The translations under genes were made by a program, and so were the position numbers. From NCBI GenBank assembly GCA_965222605.1, contig OZ244960.1:672001-736000 (forward strand): a DNA stretch of 64,000 nucleotides, read 5' to 3'. Source of the DNA: Candidatus Latescibacterota bacterium. Lineage in GTDB: Bacteria > Latescibacterota > UBA2968. This document shows positions 63,109 through 64,000 of this stretch, one piece after another. The notes beneath the pieces were generated by a model, which saw only the letters and a program-made list of their open reading frames with translations, had not been told where the DNA came from and ran no database searches. Every line of letters begins with the position of its first letter. Within the stretch, counting starts at the first letter, position 1.

Positions 63109-64000
63109 ATGAGGTTTTTGGTTACGGGCGGTGCGGGTTTTATTGGCTCACATCTGGCCGAACGGCTCTTGAAGCGAGACCACGAAGTTTATGTTTTAGA
63201 CGATCTTTCAACTGGAGATCTGGACAATGTGCGGCACCTTGAAGGGAATCCGCGGTTTCAACTGAAAGTGGGCACAGTGCTCGATCCTGAGACGCTAAAG
63301 CCCTTAGTCGATTGGAGTGATGTCATTTATCATCTCGCGGCGGCTGTGGGTGTGAATTACGTCATCAACCACCCATTGCAGTCTTTGACCACGAATATTC
63401 GAGGCACCGAACTCCTGTTGGAATTGGCGAACAAAAAGAAGAAACGGGTACTTTTGGCTTCCACTTCAGAGGTTGCGGGAAAGAAAAACGGCAAAGCGAC
63501 ATTCAGGGAAGACGATGATCGGTTGTTGGGACCAACAACCGTTGCGAGATGGAATTATTCAACCTCTAAAGCCGTCGGTGAAATGCTTGGGTTGGCTTAT
63601 TGGAGAGAAAAAAAATTGCCCGTAATCATGGTGCGTTTTTTCAATGTGATTGGTCCCCGGCAGAGTCCAGAATACGGTATGGTGGTGCCCCGGTTTATCA
63701 AGCAGGCATTGTTGGGACATCCTATTACAGTATATAACGACGGCGAGCAACGGCGGTGTTTTACCGATATAGAAGATGCTTTAGATGGATTGACAGCATT
63801 GATGGAACACGACCAAACGCCGGGCGAAATTTTCAATCTGGGCGGCAATCACGAGACCAATGAAATTTGCATCAAGGGCCTCGCGGAAAAAATTAAAACA
63901 CTAACGGAAAGCGACTCACCCATTGAATTTGTGCCTTATGAGAAGGCATTTGCAAAGGGTTCTTACGAAGACCTCAATTATCGCGTTCCCGATTTGACCA
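63109..64000 (+). CDS. NAD-dependent nucleotide-sugar epimerase/dehydratase, truncated at window end
   Basis: Manual translation MRFLVTGGAGFIGSHL, HLAAAVG, YSTSK, RFFNVIGP. Confidence 0.9.
   Translation, partial: MRFLVTGGAGFIGSHLAERLLKRDHEVYVLDDLSTGDLDNVRHLEGNPRFQLKVGTVLDPETLKPLVDWSDVIYHLAAAVGVNYVINHPLQSLTTNIRGTELLLELANKKKKRVLLASTSEVAGKKNGKATFREDDDRLLGPTTVARWNYSTSKAVGEMLGLAYWREKKLPVIMVRFFNVIGPRQSPEYGMVVPRFIKQALLGHPITVYNDGEQRRCFTDIEDALDGLTALMEHDQTPGEIFNLGGNHETNEICIKGLAEKIKTLTESDSPIEFVPYEKAFAKGSYEDLNYRVPDLT

Overview
Bacterial genomic window of about 55 genes. By inference from gene content (PorV, GWxTD, dockerin/LRR proteins, repeated PhyH dioxygenases) it comes from an FCB-group lineage such as Ca. 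Latescibacterota, possibly a sponge symbiont. It carries a methylated-amine/aminotransferase cluster, two toxin-antitoxin pairs, an internally deleted amidohydrolase, a TonB-receptor/PorV/GWxTD envelope locus, cohesin/dockerin-LRR surface proteins, a BlaI/BlaR1 pair with five TonB-C domains, uvrB-MTase-MjaI-type REase-nadC, and sugar/EPS genes. The standout is 40218-43307 (-): a single 1029-aa ORF that is a heavily miniaturised RpoB-RpoC fusion. It keeps the NxDFDGD catalytic motif and the sigma-binding clamp helices, but lacks the beta lobe, the flap and the trigger loop. It lies in one predicted transcription unit with an orphan ECF sigma factor (which has its own ECF-type promoter) and an ABC exporter. 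No rRNA, tRNA or CRISPR array was seen. All family calls are from motif recognition by eye; no searches were run.
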